Assembly (NCBI RefSeq): GCF_037042905.1
Contig: NC_087246.1
Coordinates: 1,862,001 to 1,926,000 of the forward strand
Origin: Lytechinus pictus
Lineage: Eukaryota
Length of the DNA stretch: 64,000 bases
Direction of reading: 5' to 3'
Shown: one piece after another, positions 60,286 through 64,000 of the stretch
Layout: the number at the start of each line of letters is the position of its first letter
How positions within the stretch are numbered: the stretch's first letter is position 1
Notes under the pieces: model-generated
Databases searched by the model: none
What the model saw: the letters and a program-made list of their open reading frames with translations, nothing else
What the model was told of the DNA's origin: nothing
Program-made: the position numbers and the translations under genes

Positions 60286-61446
60286 TGATATAGTGATATC
60301 TCAATGTGTGACTAAATGATCAACACAGAACACTGAATTACCACTTAAAATATGAATTGGGCAATAGATTATTTCTGGATTTCATTAGCTAATAGATTAA
60401 AGGTTCCCCCAAAGCTTGCTTAGTTTAAACCATAGCTGAAAAGCATATCGTTTTCCAAATACATAAAACTCAACAGTGATTGACTTGAAGAATTATTTTC
60501 TCTCTGTCTCTCCCTCTCTTTTTTTTAAAATCTTGCATCAGCTTTTTCATTTCAATTATTTTTGCACTTTTATATAATTTTTATTTGTGCCTCTCATTTG
60601 TATTTACATATGTAACATTGTGTAATTGTTCAATATATGCAGTCATTGTATAAGCAGTGTTGGGCTAATTATATATTTTGATTTTACGAAAAATTACAGT
60701 TATATGCCTACTATTCGTATTTTCGGGATCTAGGGACCTTCTCCGACTTATTGGACTTAGTTATTGAATACTTAGTTAATTTTCTATACACGTTCACTTT
60801 TTGAAATTGACATCTTAATCCAATTATTATTTGTTTATCATGTATGTATGTATGTATTATTGTGAATTGTAATTCATCCAGTCACGGCAAAGTGTCAGAT
60901 CAAGTTGTGGGCGGACTTGCTGCTGGGGCGGATTAGCCCCGCTCTCCCATACCTGATTTGTTAGATGTATCCTATTCATCAGTCACTAAATGCTTGCGCT
61001 TCGCGCTTGCGTAAATTCTTTAGTTATTTAATTAGATTAGACATTTTTTTCATAACAAAAACTGGTCGTAATGTATTTTATTTTGTCTTATTACATAAAA
61101 TATCCAGAAGTTTGAGATGGTGATTCGCGCTTGTAACATCTCGCAAAGGTGACATTTTGACATTAATATTCACCAAAATTCACCAAAAATCGAATTTCAT
61201 TTTTTACTGATTTTTAAATTTTTCGGTAATCGTTTGCTCGCAGAAGAAATAAAGCATACATTTATGTGTAATCAATCACAAATCCCTTCAAAAAGGCTTT
61301 GCTCAAATTTAGTACCACAAAACTCACAATTACTTCACGCATATGATAATTTTTCGGTGAAAATATTCGTTTGCACCAAATGCCCATTTTGACATATAAG
61401 TTCCCTTTTTTGCTTCCCCCCCTCAACAAAAATACGTTCCACTGCC

Positions 61447-62047
61447 CAGCGGCGTAACAGGGGTCGGTGACCAGGGGGGGGGGGGGGGGCAAGAGCCAAA
61501 AATTTCCCGGTCATATAGCATACCGTAACCTCGTATACTAGGCGTAATGGTGTAATGAGGCGACTATTTTGAGAGGGCCAGATATTGCGGATCGGGCAGA
61601 GTTTATCTTTTTTTAAATGTTGCGAGAATGCGAAGCGAGCGAGCAAAAAATTTGACATTTTTAAATACAAAGAATCAATTTTGTGATAGATTTTGACATG
61701 ATATCCAGAGAATATATATCAATCTTCTCTCTTTCCATTTCTTTTGTTGTGGTCTGTATGCCACTGTGAATAGGATTTTTTGCAGCAGTAGCGTGAAGAG
61801 TAAAAAAAAAAACAGGGGCGCAGTATGGCACATGTACTAAAAAGCTGCTTAATATAAATCCCGAGCGAAGCGAGCGAGAAAAAAAATTCACCTTTTCATG
61901 AGAATCTAACTTTGCTATATTTTTTTACAATATATTCAGTAAATAAAATCATAGTCCTACACTTTTTCTGTGCTTTTCTTTCCTCTTTTTTGTTGCAGAA
62001 CTTTTAGGGGCCATGGCCCAACCCTTCCATACTCACATACGACAGTG
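61447..62047. mobile_element. Decayed hAT-like MITE
   Basis: CAGCGGCGTA...TACGACAGTG imperfect termini, G-run near the left end, two gcgaagcgagcgag subrepeats. Confidence 0.45.
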
Positions 62048-62289
62048 CTATGTGGTTGGGGTCCTGGGCGGAGCCCCCGGAACTTCTTGATATCAAAGCC
62101 ATTTAAACCTCGCAGATTGCCGCCATTTTAATCGAATCGCGGGCATATACAGGATATAGCTTTTACACAACACATTCATTCAACCCAGTTGCGTAATGAA
62201 CCCAAATGTTTTGAGGGGGCAAAACATAGCGATGTGGGAAAATTTGTAGAAAGTCGCCAGTGAGCAAAGCGAGCTGGGAAAAAAAATAA

Positions 62290-64000
62290 TTATTATTTTT
62301 TTTTATTATTATTATTTATTTCGGCATTGAAAAGTATAGAAATTGGTACAGTGAAGTACAACACATAATAAACATAACAGGGTATAGATTGAGCACCCAC
62401 TGGACTGCCAGGGTCAAATAAAGTTAACTGAATTACTGTAGTCAATGAAGACCATTTGACCCTATCCAGTGGGTGCTTACATAAAACAGAAGCGGATAAA
62501 AGAGTGAGTATGAACAGAAGGTTTAAGATCAATTATAATAGAATAACATAGGTCTACTTGATATCACTTCATCTTAACTTAAAATATTAATATCAATGAA
62601 TTTAAATTTAAAAATAAAATAGTCGCTACGAAGATATAAAAACAACAAGGATAACTGCCACAAACACAATCCTAAATAATAAACTCCTGCAAAGATAAAC
62701 ATGGTCATTCATCATCGGCTAAGCACAAAATTGTTTCTTAGTTCATTCGTCCATGAGATAAGTGAGCTAACAACCACCCCAGAGCGCAAACTTACCGGCA
62801 ATTCATCCCAGTAACGGGGAAAAGAATTAATAGCTGATAGATGAAGTCGATTTGTTCGCGCTCGGAGGTGGTTGAACTTCACGTCCTCCAAATGCCGACT
62901 GTTAATGATAATGGAACGTCTAACTGCATCACAACGTACAATACCATACAAAGCCTTGACAACATAAAATAGTAGTGAAAATTTCCTCCTTGATTCCAAT
63001 GTTTGCCAGTTGAGTTTTAATAATCTGTCATGATAGGACATTTCTTGTCTTTTTTGTTTGAGTATTATGCGGGTGGCTCGTCTCTGAACATTTTCGACCT
63101 TTTGGGATAGATATTTCGTATGCAAGTGCCAAGCTGGTTGACCGTACTCAAGAATCGGAAGAACAATTGTTTTGAACAAGGAGAATATGGAAGATGCGGT
63201 CAAGGACTTAGAGACTGACAATACAAAACCGAGCATACGATTTGCTTTCTTAACAATGTGTTCAACGTGAGTATTCCATTGTAACTTATTATTAAGCATT
63301 ATTCCTAGATACTTGTATTGCTGAACTGATTCTAGAACAATATTGTCATAAGTATAATAAGGTACTCCAGGGTTCTTTGCCCATGTTATCCGTAGAACTT
63401 TAGATTTGGATGAATTAATACGCATTCTATTGTTCGTACACCATGAATGAATATTATCAATATCATTTTGCAACTGACAACTATCAGAGGGTGTAAATAT
63501 TGGTCTGTATAATAACGTATCGTCAGCAAAAAGTGCACATGGTGATATGGTTTGGGAGAGAAGGTCATTTATAAACAAATTAAAGAGATTAAAGAGACAC
63601 GGCCCTAAAACACTGCCTTGCGGTACACCAGAAGTTATGGGCAACCAGCAAGAGGTTGAACCCCTGTAAATTACTCTTTGTTCCCTACCATGAAGGAAGG
63701 AAAAAATCCAATTCCAGACACTTCCACTAATGAAGAATTGTGAAGAGAGCTTTTTCATCAACACGTCATGTGGCATTATATCGAAAGCTTTTGCAAAGTC
63801 GAAAAAGATAACGTCAAGTTTTGGTGTGGGAGAGGTATCAAGAAAATTCAACCATTTGTTTGTAATATTCATTAACTGAGTCACACAAGAGCGGCCTTTC
63901 ACAAAACCATGTTGGTTAGGGTTAAGTAGACAATGGTCACTGATATGTGTTTGAATACGGTTTGTTACGATACGTTCCAATACTTTGCATACAACCGAAG
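62290..64000 (-). mobile_element. Non-LTR retrotransposon (CR1/L2/Jockey group): RT and C-terminal part of ORF2 (stop at 62712) with 3' UTR and tail; runs off the window end
   Basis: Uninterrupted ORF: NQHGFVKGRSCVTQL..FFDFAKAFD..SGVPQGSVLGP..LFADD..YKYLG..ENVQRRATR; the 3' end on the minus strand reads AATAAA(TAA)n-A-run at ~62320-62290. Confidence 0.93.

Overview
AT-rich, intron-containing animal DNA; the repeat families suggest a marine invertebrate such as a sea urchin (inference). Left: the 3' part (11 exons, 338-8266, +) of a smoothelin-like gene ending in a calponin-homology domain. Next comes an apparently orphan sulfotransferase-like exon with an in-frame TGA (13394-14024). A large minus-strand DC-STAMP-family (DCST1/DCST2/sneaky/SPE-42-like) gene can be assembled in frame from about 56.6 kb down to 17.8 kb. 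Its last two exons (a 145-nt Cys-containing exon plus a ~1.28-kb DC-STAMP/RING exon) exist as two diverged, intact, phase-compatible copies downstream of one shared set of 5' exons, which suggests alternative C-terminal cassettes. The predicted protein also has a ~790-aa low-complexity N-terminus. The rest is MITEs (hAT-, Tc1/mariner-, Kolobok-like and palindromic), tRNA-derived SINEs, LINE fragments, a ~217-bp tandem repeat and microsatellites. All gene models were spliced by eye, without transcript support.
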